DNA of 64,000 nt, taken from positions 13,144,001 through 13,208,000 of the forward strand of contig NC_135667.1 of assembly GCF_964188315.1 (NCBI RefSeq). Direction: 5' to 3'. Shown here piece by piece: positions 12,984-24,543 of the stretch (positions are counted from its first letter, which is position 1; the number at the start of each line of letters is the position of its first letter). A program made the position numbers and the translations under genes. Origin of the DNA: Podarcis muralis. Its lineage: Eukaryota. The notes under the pieces are model-generated. The model saw only the letters and a program-made list of their open reading frames with translations, ran no database searches and was not told the origin of the DNA.

Positions 12984-13862
12984 AATTTATTATTTGTACC
13001 CCGCCCATCTAGCTGGGTTTCCCCAGCCACTCTGGGCGGCTTTCAACAAAGATGAAAGATACACTAAAATGTCACATATTAAAAACTTCCCTGAACAGAT
13101 GTCTTCTGAATGTCAGGTAGATGTTTATCGCTTTGACATCTGATGGGAGGGCGTTCCACAGGGCGGGTGCCACTACCGAGAAGGCCCTCTGCCTTGTTCC
13201 CTGTAACTTGGCCTCTTGCAGTGAGGGAACCGCCAGAAGGCCCTCGGAGCTGGACCTCAGTGTCCGGGCAGAATGATGGGGGAGGAGACGCTCCTTCAGA
13301 TATACTGGACCGAGGCCGTTTAGGGCTTTAAAGGTCAGCACCAACACTTTGAATTGTGCTCGGAAACGTACTGGGAGCCAATGTAGGTCTTTCAAGACCG
13401 GTGTTATATGGTCTCGGCGGCCGCTCCCAGTCACCAGTCTAGCTGCCGCATTCTGGATTAGTTGTAGTTTCCGGGTCACCTTCAAAGGTAGCCCCACGTA
13501 GAGCGCATTGCAGTAGTCCAAGCGGGAGATAACCAGAGCATGTACCACTCTGGCAAGACAGTCTGCAGGCAGATAGGGTCTCAGCCTACGTACCAGATGG
13601 AGCTGGTAAACAGCTGCCCTGGATACAGATTTGACCTGTGCCTCCATGGACAGCTGTGAGTCCAAAATGACTCCCAGGCTGCACACCTGGTCCTTCAGGG
13701 GCACAGTTACCCCATTCAGGACCAGGGAATCCTCCACACCTGCCCGCCTCCTGTCCCCCAAAAACAGTACTTCTGTCTTGTCAGGATTCAACCTCAATCT
13801 GTTAGCCGCCATCCATCCTCCAACCGCTTCCAGACACTCACACAGGACCTCACACAGGACAA
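12951..13862 (-). mobile_element. L2-clade LINE 3' fragment (second family), reading frame still open
   Basis: ORF 13072-13869 with LNPDKTE, SRLDYCNAL and LHWLPVRFR; (ATC)n tail at 12951-12983. Confidence 0.92.
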
Positions 13863-14336
13863 CTCTCATCAGCCCAAACTAGCACATGATGGAATACTCA
13901 GAAATGTATTAAACTTCAGAGACTTCCCTATGGCTTGAGTAAATTAATGATTTCAGCATAGAGTGATAATAGCATAGATTTCAGTGTAGCGTGATAATCA
14001 TATCAGGGCTTTTATTCAGCTGGAACTCGTCGGAACTCAGTTCCAGCAGCTCACGGGAACCATTGTCATAAGACAACAATGGAGGTGTTCAGGGTGAATT
14101 CCAGCATCTCTTTTTCTAGAAAAATAGCAGTGATCATGATAATGATTTCCTATAAACCATCCACCATACTAGCAAAAGAACAGGGTGGGTCATAAAATCA
14201 TATATCAGAGGAGTCAAAGCATCTCACATTTTATCAGTTCATGGCTGTTTAGATAATTACTTTGGAGACTTTCCAGTTAACACACTGTGTACATCTTAGC
14301 TGCTGTGAATGTCTTTATAGGGAAGAATGCAGAGAA

Positions 14337-15281
14337 TCACATGTCTACCTTCCCACCAGAAATTGTTTCCCTGCTTCTCAGCTTCCTCATGGCTGACTTC
14401 ACATCTTTATTTCTCAGAGTGTAGATCAACGGATTCAGCATGGGGGTAATGATATTGTAAAGGACAGAGACCAGCTTATCTACTGAGAAAGTGGAGAAAG
14501 GCCTGGCATAGATAAAGATGCAGGGTCCAAAGAACAATGTCACCACAGTTAGGTGGGAGGCACAGACATTGAGTGCTTTGCGACGTCCCTCAGGGGAGCG
14601 GATCCTCACCAGAATAGTGGCATAGGAAGTCACCAGTATGACAAAGCAGCTGCTTGAGATGAGACCACTGTTGGAGACCATGAGGAGTTCAATAACATAG
14701 GTGTCAGTGCATGCCAGCTTGATGACAGGTGGGACATCACAGAAGAAGTTGTCCACTTGGTTAGGTCCACAGAAGGGCAGCCTCATAGTAAGGATGGTCT
14801 GGACTGTAGAGTGGATGAAGCCTCCGGTCCAAGAAGCTGCCACCAACCAGCTGCAGAGTTGCCTGTTCATGATATTGGGATAGTGCAGAGGCTTGCAAAT
14901 GGCTACGTACCTGTCATAGGCCATGATGGTGAGGAGGAACATCTCGGCAGCACCCACAAAATGGAGGAAAAAGAGTTGAGCCATGCAGGCATCAAAGGAG
15001 ATGCTCCTTTTCTCGACCAAGAAGTCCATCAACATCTTAGGGGCTGTGACAGTGGAGTAGCAAAGATCCAGGAAGGAGAGGTTGCCCAGCAGGAAGTACA
15101 TGGGTGTGCTCAGCCGGGGGTCAGAGGTCACTGTAAGCATGATGAGGGTGTTTCCTGCTAGGGTGGCTGTGTAGACCAGGAGGAAGACCACAAAGAGGGC
15201 AGCTTGGGACTGCCATGATGGGGAAAGGGCTGCCAAAAGGAATTCATTGACCCGAGTGTAGTTTCCTTCCAGGTTCTCCAT
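14337..15281 (-). CDS. OR4Q2: Olfactory receptor, OR4Q2-like paralogue 1, 314 aa
   Basis: Intact ORF with PMYFLLGNL, MAYDRYVAIC, HSTVQTILT, QVDNFFCDVPPVIKLAC, IRSPEGRRKAL, ARPFSTFSVDK and PMLNPLIYTLRN, matching recalled OR4Q2 motifs. Splice acceptor AG at 15288-15287. Confidence 0.92.
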   Translation of the reverse strand: MENLEGNYTRVNEFLLAALSPSWQSQAALFVVFLLVYTATLAGNTLIMLTVTSDPRLSTPMYFLLGNLSFLDLCYSTVTAPKMLMDFLVEKRSISFDACMAQLFFLHFVGAAEMFLLTIMAYDRYVAICKPLHYPNIMNRQLCSWLVAASWTGGFIHSTVQTILTMRLPFCGPNQVDNFFCDVPPVIKLACTDTYVIELLMVSNSGLISSSCFVILVTSYATILVRIRSPEGRRKALNVCASHLTVVTLFFGPCIFIYARPFSTFSVDKLVSVLYNIITPMLNPLIYTLRNKDVKSAMRKLRSRETISGGKVDM

Positions 15282-15335
15282 TTTTCCTATGAAAGCAAGA
15301 AGAGAGATTTATTTACTTATTTATAAATTGCTAGC

Positions 15336-18254
15336 AGAGTAGATTACTGTCTCACTAACAGGGAGGCCTTTTAATTAATCAAAAACTTCAATATCGATAA
15401 CAGATCATTTGCCTCTAATCATCTCCACTATTGGCCAAAATTCAATTCAGCGCTCTCACATAGAACAAGGAAAAATTGATAAAGCTAATGTTCCAGCATT
15501 GTGCAGGAAAAAATGGACACCTGAGCTGGCTACTATAGTTGAGACCAAATTGAATTCGCAAACTGCAATTAATTTAAGATCAACTATAATCAATGACCTA
15601 TCAACAGATTCCTCCCTGGTAGTTTACGATAATCTCATTAAGTTCTTGCAGGATGTGGTCTCTGTTAACACAAACCCAGCCAGCAAGCCCCATATAGCTA
15701 AAGGGTTCAGATGGTTCGACCAAGAGTGCTGAACGAAGAAGAAAGCCTTAAGGAACTCTTATTTGGCCTATAGAAATGCTGGCCTAAACCATTGACCCCC
15801 AACTTATTTCAAAATTTAAAAAGAGTACAAAGCCCTTTTGGCTTCGAACAAAAGGCAGTCTGAACAAGACTCCTGGTCTCTCTTACTGAATGCCTTGCTA
15901 AACAATGAACCAAAACTCTTCTGGAAACTGGTCTCTGGCTTCCTGAGCAATAGCAATCCAGCCCCTAGCTGTGCCATTCCAGCTCAGGTATGGGAGAACC
16001 ATTTTAGAAATATATTCATGGAAAATTCAAATCTCCCCTCCAGTTTTTATGATGAAGATTCGGCAGAACTGTCACTGCTCCCACAATGGAGCCCAGTTAC
16101 AGTGGAAGAAGTCTACACATTAATTGGGAACCTGAAGAGTGGGAAATGACTTTATCTTAGCTGAATTGATCATATCAAATCAGCACTGGTGGGCTCCTCT
16201 TCTGGTGGCACTTTTACAATAGTAAATAACTCGGGCAAAGTACTGTCTAGCTGGAAACATGCAATAGTAGCCCCAACCTTTAAGAGAGGCCAGCCAAATG
16301 TGCCTTCTAATTATAGGCCAATCAGTCTGCTTTCAATTTTGGAAAGCTGTAGCCCCACTTTCTCTGTAACAAACCGACAACTTTTCTAGATGACTATAAT
16401 ATACTATCTGAAGCTCAGGCAGCTTTCCGCGAGAACCACTCAACATCAGACCACTGTCTAATGCTGTCCCTCCTAGCTGAGAAGTACACCAGACCTCTAC
16501 AGGGAATACTCTTTGTGACCTTTATGGACCTGAAATCTGCCTTTGACTCCATCCTCAGATTCCAACTATGGTCCAAATTACAGCTAGTACTAAGGATAAA
16601 TGCCTCCTACATCTTATTAAAGCCCTGTACTGTGGAAGCAATTTGCAGGTTAGGTGAAGGTTGCAGGGCCAGCTCTCTGACTGTATTGAGATGGCCAGGG
16701 GAGTGAGAAAGGGATGCATTTTGGCCCCTACTTTGCTCAGTTTGTTTTTGATGACTTAGAGGCAAGCTTAATGGACCCTGATGGCCATCTTCCAAAAATG
16801 GGGATGAGAAAGACCCCTCTCTTGCTGTATGCGGATGACATGGCCATCCTCTCCTGAACCAGACCTGGCCTGAACTACCAACTAAGGAAATTCTCAGGCT
16901 ACTGCTCTGGTAATGGGTTATCCATCAATTATGAAAAATCAAAAGTCCTGGTGTTTGAGAAGAGATTCTCCCCGTGTAAATGGGTACTGCATGGTCACAA
17001 ACTAGAGCAGACCAAATACTTCCGGTACCTAGGGCTTTCTATTCCATCATTCCAAGTCCTGGAAACATCATTGGCAGACAGCCTATCAAACGGCGGAGGT
17101 AAGCAAACTGGCTATACTTCAATTCTTTTATACAAGGGGAGACCATTATGTTCCATCAGCCATCAGGGTATTTAATGCAAAATCTGTCTCTCAACTCCTC
17201 TGCGCCTCAAAGGTCTGGTTCAACGGCTCATTCTCCAGGTTTGATGGCTTCCAGGTAAGGGAGAACCATTTTAGAAATATATTCATGGAAAATTCAAATC
17301 TCCCAGACAATTTTTATGATGAAGATTCGGCAGAACTGTCACTGCTTCCACAATGGAGCCCGGTTTCTCCGGTCCCTCCTACTAGTTACAAAATGTGTTC
17401 CAAATGCAATACTATTTTTAGAAACAGGTGAATGTCCTCTATCAACTAAAGCATGGTGGGCTGCCCTGAGATCTCAGTCTTTGGCCTAGGGAAGGCGTTA
17501 CTTCCATACCTAAACAACGAGGAGTTTACCAGCTCATGGATGAAAATTATGGTTAGAAAAGCCACTTCGATTGGTATGCCACCTTCTCTCCTGTACCATC
17601 TGGGCTATGAAACTGCCCTTGAATCTCTGAGGCAAACGCTCTGGGACATATCACAAAGTGATCTCCAATCTCAATCTCATGTTATCTGTGGTCCATTAGC
17701 AGTAGGAATTCACTATGGGTTCAATTTTCAGACACCTGCATATCTTAGAAATTTTTCTGTACCAACATATCGACATCTTTTCACCAAAGCCAGATTAAAT
17801 GTATTCCCATCAGAAGTGTTAAATGGAAGACTGAGAAGAAGAAGAAGAAGAAGAAGAAGAAGAAGAAGAAGAAGAAGAAGAAGAAGAGCAGCTTGAGAGG
17901 TATTCCTTAGCAAAATAGGATCTGTGTATGCTCTCAGGATGTCGACTGCATGAGGCACATTTTATTGCATTGCGGACAATATTATAAAGCTAGGGAACTA
18001 TTGATTAAAGCACTATTGGCAAATCGACCAGGTCAATCTGAAGCCTACTATACCAAATATCTTCTGGATGACAAGTCCAAAGATATCACGGTGGCTGTGG
18101 CAAAGTTTATTTCAGTAGTCATAAGAATCAAAGATCAATATGACTCAACAAATAACGCTTCGGTCTCCCTTCCCTGAGGGGTTGTCTGTATGAATCTGTA
18201 TTTTATTCTGAATCCATGTTATGGGTCGTTGGACCGCAATAAAGATTTATATAT
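15336..18254 (+). mobile_element. Degenerate non-LTR retrotransposon (EN end + RT + C-terminal Cys/His; RTE-X/CR1-type, clade uncertain) in the intron of OR4Q2-like paralogue 1
   Basis: TDHLPL, NYRPISLLS, FMDLKSAFD, GCILAP and LYADD motifs, C-terminal HILLHC, AATAAA end. TSD attgctagc (15327-15335, 18255-18263). Confidence 0.85.
17833..17887 (+). repeat. (GAA)n microsatellite
   Basis: Direct reading. Confidence 0.97.
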
Positions 18255-18748
18255 ATTGCTAGCTCATTAAGCAATATCTTGGTGATATACAATTAAATCA
18301 TTAAAACATCATAAAATGAGCTACTTTGGGAGAAAAGGCGGGAAATAAAAAATAAAACTACTTAGAGTAGATCCACTGAAATAAATAAACATGACTCATT
18401 TAGGACAATATATTTCAATAGCTCTGCTCGGAGGAGCACTAGCATTGCATTCAAACCAAGATTAGTAAAATCCAGAAATCATAAAATTCAGAAGAAATGG
18501 CCAGTGCTTAATCAAATTTATCTAAAAATTCTTGTTTTTAGAAAGTGACCCAGTACTTCAATGGTAAGTGCTTGTCTGATTTCAATAGCCACAGTCTTGC
18601 AAAAATCCTGGTGTCACTAAGCTAAAAACCTTAATTTGGTGAAGATACTGCTTAAAATAACCTGGTCCCGTGATGGCTTGAACATTTTCGTGATTGTCCC
18701 TGCATCTTTTTGGCAATTGGAGGATATGGTCTAGGAGATACCAAAGCC

Positions 18749-19120
18749 GAAACAGTGGAAGAAGATTGGAAAAAATTTAAGGACTATTTAAAGAAATATT
18801 GTAAAATTAATGACTGCTAAAATGACGCTGGATTAGAAAATATGTGGTTATTTGCGGTAATGGATAAACTAAAAAGAAAAAGTAAGGTTAAAGTTAAGCT
18901 AAAAATAAGGGAAGGATTTGCTGAACAATTAATTAGATATTGGAATACAGAAAGGGGAGGTATGAGGAAGTCGGGAAAGTAAGATATAAGAAATTAAGGC
19001 TTGAAATTATACATGTATTTTATGTCTGTGATGTGTGTTGTATGGTTTTGTTTTGTTTTGTTTTGTGTTATAAAAAAAACTTTGGAAACTTTTAATAAAA
19101 ATATATTTTTTTAAAAAAAT
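18749..19120 (+). mobile_element. L1 3' end fragment
   Basis: Resembles the L1 end at 7600-8010; A-rich tail; TSD agataccaaagcc (18736-18748, 19124-19136). Confidence 0.8.
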
Positions 19121-19584
19121 AGAAGATACCAAAGCCTACAGCATTATGGCCAAGCTATTCCTTTCCAGAAATAGAAATAGCTGAGATGTGTCAAGGGCCA
19201 TTTCAAGGTTCTGTTCTACCCTGTTTCTTCTGGTTAGGCATGGATAGGATTTCACTGTTAGTCTTGATTGATTCCACTGTGTTCAATGGGACAGGAAAAG
19301 TGTGAACTGAATTACATCCTTTATGCACCTGCAGTTGATTGGACTTTTTAAAGCATATATAAGATATTTTAAAATTCTATCTATATTGTACAATGGGGGA
19401 GATGGGTGGCTGGAGAAGAGAGGGTTAATGGAGCCAGGAGAAATTGCCGAAGAATTGCATATTAGTCCTGATGAAGCAGCCCAATGTTGCATTTGTTTGG
19501 AAGACTGGTTGACTGTTATCAACAACCAGCCCTTTAAATGACTAAGGAATATCTGAGATGAAGAGTTCTTTCTTGGCAGTATTA

Positions 19585-19897
19585 AAAAGGTAAAGGGACC
19601 CCTGACCATTAGGTCCAGTCGTGACCAACTCTGGGGTTGCGGTGCTCATCTCGTTTTTTTGGCCAAGGGAGCCGGCGTACAACTTCCAGGTCATGTGGCC
19701 AGCATGACTAAGCTGCTTCTGGCGAACCAGAGCAGCACACGGAAACACCGTTTACCTTCCTGTACCTATTTATCTACTTGCATTTTGACGTGCTTTCGAA
19801 CTTCTAGGTTGGCAGGAGCAGGGATTTGAACCGCCGACCTTCTGATCAGCAAGTCCTAGGCTCTGTGGTTTAACCCACAGCGCCACCCGAGTCCCTC
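19585..19897 (-). mobile_element. Sauria SINE
   Basis: Body and tail; TSD tcttggca(g/c)tatta (19571-84, 19898-911). Confidence 0.92.
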
Positions 19898-20829
19898 TCT
19901 TGGCACTATTAGAGTGTTGCTATTTTCAGATTAGAGTCAGTCACATTCTGGCTAACTCATCTTGAGCAATTACAGCTGTTTGGAGGTCTTGCAGGACAAT
20001 ACGCTTCCCAAAATATTGCACTTTCTGTGATGAAGAAAATGCAGAGGAAAGTGTGAGTTTACACTTCATTGATGCAATGCTGCCTAACCTCCCCACAATT
20101 AAATCAGGATGCATGCACAATAAACAAGTCTGGAAATGTTCACTGGGAACCTGAGGGGGGGTACAGTGGACATTGACTGTCTGCTAGTATGCTTACTTTC
20201 ACCTCTGTTCAGATTGTATCTTTTTAAATAAACACACATATTACAGAATGCCAGAAAGCCTCCAGGGGTCTCATTCCAAAGGGAACCAAATCCAGGTAGT
20301 CTGGTTCAACAGGCTGTGTAGTTTTCTGAAATGTACAAGCTTGCAAACCCCAGAAAGATGAAAATATCACAAGCAGCTACCCCTCTGCCAGATGCCTTCA
20401 GCTCCCCGTGAAAATGTTTTGTCTCTGCTTGGTTAAACTTTGCTTATATCAAAAATCTTGTCCCATTTCATTTCCTTTAGTCACAATCACTTCATGCCCC
20501 TGAGCAGTGAGAATTTTGAGAAGTGTACCATTTATTCAGAATTGATTTCCTTTAGAAGAAAGTCACTGAAAGTTGATATCATTTTGGAATGTGTGTGTTT
20601 ACTTACAACTATATAAGTCAGAGACCCAGTGTCGAAACACTCTCAGGCAGCCTTGCTTAGCCTGGCGTCCTCAAGATGTTTTCAATTTTCCACCATCCCA
20701 ATCTGTTCAGGTAAGCATGGCTGTACTGTGATGGTTGTTGCAGCCCAAAATATCTGGACAACAAGAATTCAAAGCCCCTTGCTTCAGGATCAGGTACCTT
20801 TGGGGACAGTCAGCACTCTAACATGGTTA

Positions 20830-21015
20830 TGGTAAAGGTACTGCTGTGACGGGAAGGGAAACAGTGTTTCTGTGTGCTCTGGTTTCCATCACGGTGTTCC
20901 ATGGCACCAGAAGCGGTTTAGTCATGCTGGCCGCATGAACTGGAAAGCTGCCTGTGGACAAATGCCAGCTTCCTCGGCCTGAAGCAAGATGCAACCCCAT
21001 AGTCACCCTTGACTT
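20830..21015 (+). mobile_element. Sauria SINE internal fragment
   Basis: gggaagg.aaacagtgtttc...ttagtcatgctggcc...gcaaccccatagtc core. Confidence 0.75.
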
Positions 21016-21193
21016 TGCTATTTTGGTGCTTTTAGAGTGTTGCTATGGTTTTATAGGTCACTCTCTGCTTTCTCTGTGTGTCCCTCTCTGCCTTGCTTTC
21101 TCTCTGAATGAAACTGACTAGGCTAGCAGTTGACTCTGGCAATGGGAGAGTATCCTCCTCCATTGCACCTTACGGCAGCAGACTAATTTAGTG

Positions 21194-21378
21194 ACTTCAT
21201 AGAAACATAGGAATCTGCCTTGTACTGACTCAGACCTACAGGTCAGTCTGGCTTAGTATTGTCTACACTGATTGGCAGTGGCTCTCCAGGGCTTCCCTAC
21301 CCTTCCTGGCAATGCCAGGGATTGAACTTGGGAGCTGCTGCATGCAAAGTGGTTGTTCTTTCACTGAGCTATGACCCT
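21194..21378 (-). mobile_element. Squam3-type (Ther1/MIR-derived) tRNA SINE; related copies at 2835-2902+8029-8118 (split), 42945-43085, 50112-50282 and 50917-51007 (+)
   Basis: cataggaatctgccttgtactgactcagac...cagtattgtctacactgattggcagtggctctccaggg...ttcactgagctatg matches the recalled Squam3 consensus. Confidence 0.75.
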
Positions 21379-22469
21379 CTCTCTTGCAAGGCAGGCTGTG
21401 TGGCGCACAGCTATGATCTCCAGAGCAGGGAGATAACTGATGGCTGCTGCTACTACCTCCCATCATCATTATAATAATAATAATCAATAATAATCACCAT
21501 TATTATTATCCTGAGTTAGTTGGCCACCTGAAGCAGTTGCCTCATATTGCCTAATGGTAGGGCCAGCCCTTCTTCTGTGCTTGACAGGAGACAATTGACA
21601 ATATTGTAGAATAATCACAACCTACCCCTAAAATCGTTAAACTCAAAAGCATCAATCACCACAAATACTATTACAGAAATAGAACATCTATAGCCAATGA
21701 GATGCCCTTTAAATGTTATTCAACTCCAACTCCCATCAGTCCCAGCCAACATGGTCAGTGATAAGGGGGGTTGTAGTCTGGCAACATCTGGAGGACATGA
21801 TGGTTTCTGTTTGAAGGGGGGAAATGATTAGCAAATTTGTTTCAGGTCTCCCCCATCAGCCTTGTTGATTCCACTTGCTCTCTACTTACTCAGTCTGAAG
21901 TTGTGTGGAGAATGTCTCTCCCCAACTCATCACATCTTGGAATGAGAAGTGAGAAGTTGTGTTCTATTGTCGCTCAACGACATCGAAAGCTCTCTGCAAG
22001 CCAGAAAATGAGAACAATGAAAAGACACCTCAATTTATCCATTTGGATCTTGGTGAGGCAATCAGGTGCTCTGGGCATTAAGGAGTTGCATGACTGTGAT
22101 TGCAAAGGGAGTTTGTTTCCGCTGTTGCTGCTCTCATGTCTCCAATGAGGGAAAGACAGAAAACTCTGAGAAGTTGTAAAGGAAATTCCTCCTCAGCCCA
22201 ATTTACCTTTAATTTGCACTGAAGTCCAGTAGAGTGGATTTGTACTTTGCAACCAGCTTCTTGTTTTTCATGTTTGACATTTTATATGCTGTATTGACTT
22301 CAACTCCCATCATCCATGACCATTGGCCACACCTCCTGGGACTGACGGGAGTGGGAGCCTGTGGTGCTCTGGTGTATATATAAATGAAAGTGTGTAAATA
22401 TTAGAATAATTACAGTAAACTAGTATGTGATAGTATATATATTTTGCTAAATATATAGGTGAGTATAAT

Positions 22470-22470
22470 T

Positions 22471-22534
<64 letters not shown>

Positions 22535-22536
22535 TC
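22470..22536 (+). repeat. (TTTC)n microsatellite (another at about 22780-22821)
   Basis: Direct reading. Confidence 0.95.
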
Positions 22537-22779
22537 GTGTCATGGTTAAGAGCAGTGGACTCTTAATTTGGTGAACCGGGTTCGATTCCCTGCTCCTCCA
22601 CATGCAGCTGCTGGGTGACCTTGGGTCAGTCACACTTCTTTGAAGTCTCTCAGCCTCACTCACCTCACAGAGTGTTTGTTGTGGGGGAGGAAGGGAAAGG
22701 AGAATGTTAGCTGCTTTGAGACTCCTTAGGGTAGTGACTCTTTAGGGTAGTGAAAAAGTGGGGTATCAAATCCAAACTC

Positions 22780-22780
<1 letters not shown>
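22537..22780 (+). mobile_element. tRNA-derived CORE-type SINE (Squam2-like); further copies at 29475-29661 (+), 43307-43540 (-) and 60962-61172 (+)
   Basis: A/B-box head gtggtgtagtggttaagagc...ccgggttcg, core gctgggtgaccttggg, tail ccgctttgagactcc...atcaaatccaaactc shared among all copies. Confidence 0.8.
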
Positions 22781-22822
<42 letters not shown>

Positions 22823-22857
22823 GGACATGCACTGGAAGCCAGTGCAGTGCATTTCAA

Positions 22858-23280
22858 ATAATGTTTATTAAAGATTTTCTTGGTTTACAAAAGTATGTGC
22901 ATTGTCTCTTTTCTCAGATTGTATAATAATTGAAATAAGGTGTTAGGCTGGGAGAGGGAGAGATTGTGCTTGGAATGTTGGAAGTAAATAGTAACTGGAT
23001 AAGAATTTTGATAGGGAAATTGACTACTGGTGGTTTTTAGTTGAAAGGAGCAGTGGTAGTTGGAGTTTCATGGGGGTGGGGTAAAGTGTTTGGGTAGCTG
23101 TGGTAGTATTAGTGAGAGAGAGTGAGGTCGGTGTTATTAATGGTCATGGTTTGGGGACAAATGGTGAGTGTATATTTAGCCTGGATATATTTAGAATGGT
23201 AGAGTAGGTAGGAGTGTTCATATGAACCGAAGTCACATCTTAAGTATGTTACCGAAACCATATGCTCCTTTGCACTGAAC
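22858..23280 (-). mobile_element. Probable L1-like 3' UTR fragment
   Basis: T-rich tail at the left end and LINE-like terminal sequence; no clear TSD. Confidence 0.45.
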
Positions 23281-24119
23281 TATTGTAAAATCATTTATTA
23301 TCTCTGTGATCAATAAAACTGTGGGTGACTGCTGACTGAGGTGGGACTCATTCAGTATCTGTGAAAGCAGAAAAATAAATAATTTTTAAAAGGCCTAATA
23401 GAAATCCAGTTCAGGGCTCTAAAACTTAGTGAGAGTGGGTTACAGGGGGGTTGAAGTAGATCTGAGGGTGGTGCCAGAGAACCACATAGCTGAAGGGAAA
23501 AATGGGCAGGGCAGGTGGGTTTTTTTGTGAGATACAAACCAGAATGATACAGACAGAAGTAGGTAAAGAGAATAAATGGTTTTGGCTTTAAAAAATGCCG
23601 TCCCCTAGTGAGGATTAGGTATAGAGAGAGTGATGGGGGGGGAGGGGAGAGATATAGTTTCTGAAACAATGACTAAGCCTCCACCTCTGTAACTTTGCCA
23701 GATGAAATCAGTGATGAGAGGGTTAACACTGTAGCTTATTGATGACACTGTTCTCATGAGTCAATCTGCCTATTATACTTTAAATGGATTTTCCCAATGC
23801 TTCCTTTGTTCTCTTGGTCTTCCTTTTCCACTTTCCTCAAATTGGAAAATGTCAAGGTTAGGGCTCTGTAGAGGTGTCATTATTTTCCATCACAGAGTTG
23901 GGCTGGGTGGGAGGGTTTGAACCTTGACAATTATCCAAGCATTGTAATGCTACAAATAAAATTATGTCTGTATGTCTTTATGCTACCCACTCACTTCAGA
24001 TTTCACTGCTGACTCTCTCACTCACCCCACCCCAAAATATTTGCAGAGCCACTCCTAGTCTTCTGGTCTATGGAGAAGCTCACCAACTATATTATATTTT
24101 TAAGTTACATACAACATTT

Positions 24120-24124
<5 letters not shown>

Positions 24125-24156
<32 letters not shown>
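24125..24156 (+). repeat. (CA)n microsatellite (another at about 53454-53497)
   Basis: Direct reading. Confidence 0.95.
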
Positions 24157-24158
<2 letters not shown>

Positions 24159-24543
24159 CACCATTGTATTATCCCGTATATTAATGTTATTTATTTGAAC
24201 ATTGATATTTTGGTTAAATATGCATACTCAGTTTATTTGATTACATGTTGTATTTTCATGTGCTTGATCTCTTTATTTATTTGATTGCATAGGACGTTTT
24301 CATCATTGACGGGGAGTAATAATTGTGATTCAATCTCAAGCTTCTGCATAGGAAAAGAAAAACAAAGTGCTATAATATCAGTTTTAAAATGAAATGTCAT
24401 TGTTGATTAAGCATTTGCTGGTTATATTTGTATGTTGTTGCTGTTGTCATTATTTAAATTTGTTATCCACCCTTCTCCATAGAAGCAAAAGCATGGCTGT
24501 TTAGATAGTTTCTTTGGAGGATATTCTGTGAAAGTCTTTAGAA

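Larger units (their letters stand above)
19240..22300 (-). promoter_or_regulatory. Repeated upstream module of OR4Q2-like genes, copy 1 (putative promoter and non-coding 5' exon; donor GTAAGT 21889-21884)
   Basis: Alignable to 27480-29410, 29920-31803 and 35975-36760; conserved minus-strand donor and invariant CAAAGGGAGTTT (22103-14). Confidence 0.55.

Noticed and set aside
14701-15161. Antisense ORFs recurring in OR paralogues (also 25012-25284, 34056-34277, 49207-49712)
   Set aside because: Shadow frames of conserved OR coding sequence; their boundaries are not conserved.
17453-17958. Poly-Arg / poly-Leu ORFs
   Set aside because: Produced by the (GAA)n microsatellite inside a decayed LINE.
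21837-22148. ORFs of 60-105 aa within the repeated upstream modules
   Set aside because: Frames are not conserved among the four module copies and show no protein motifs.
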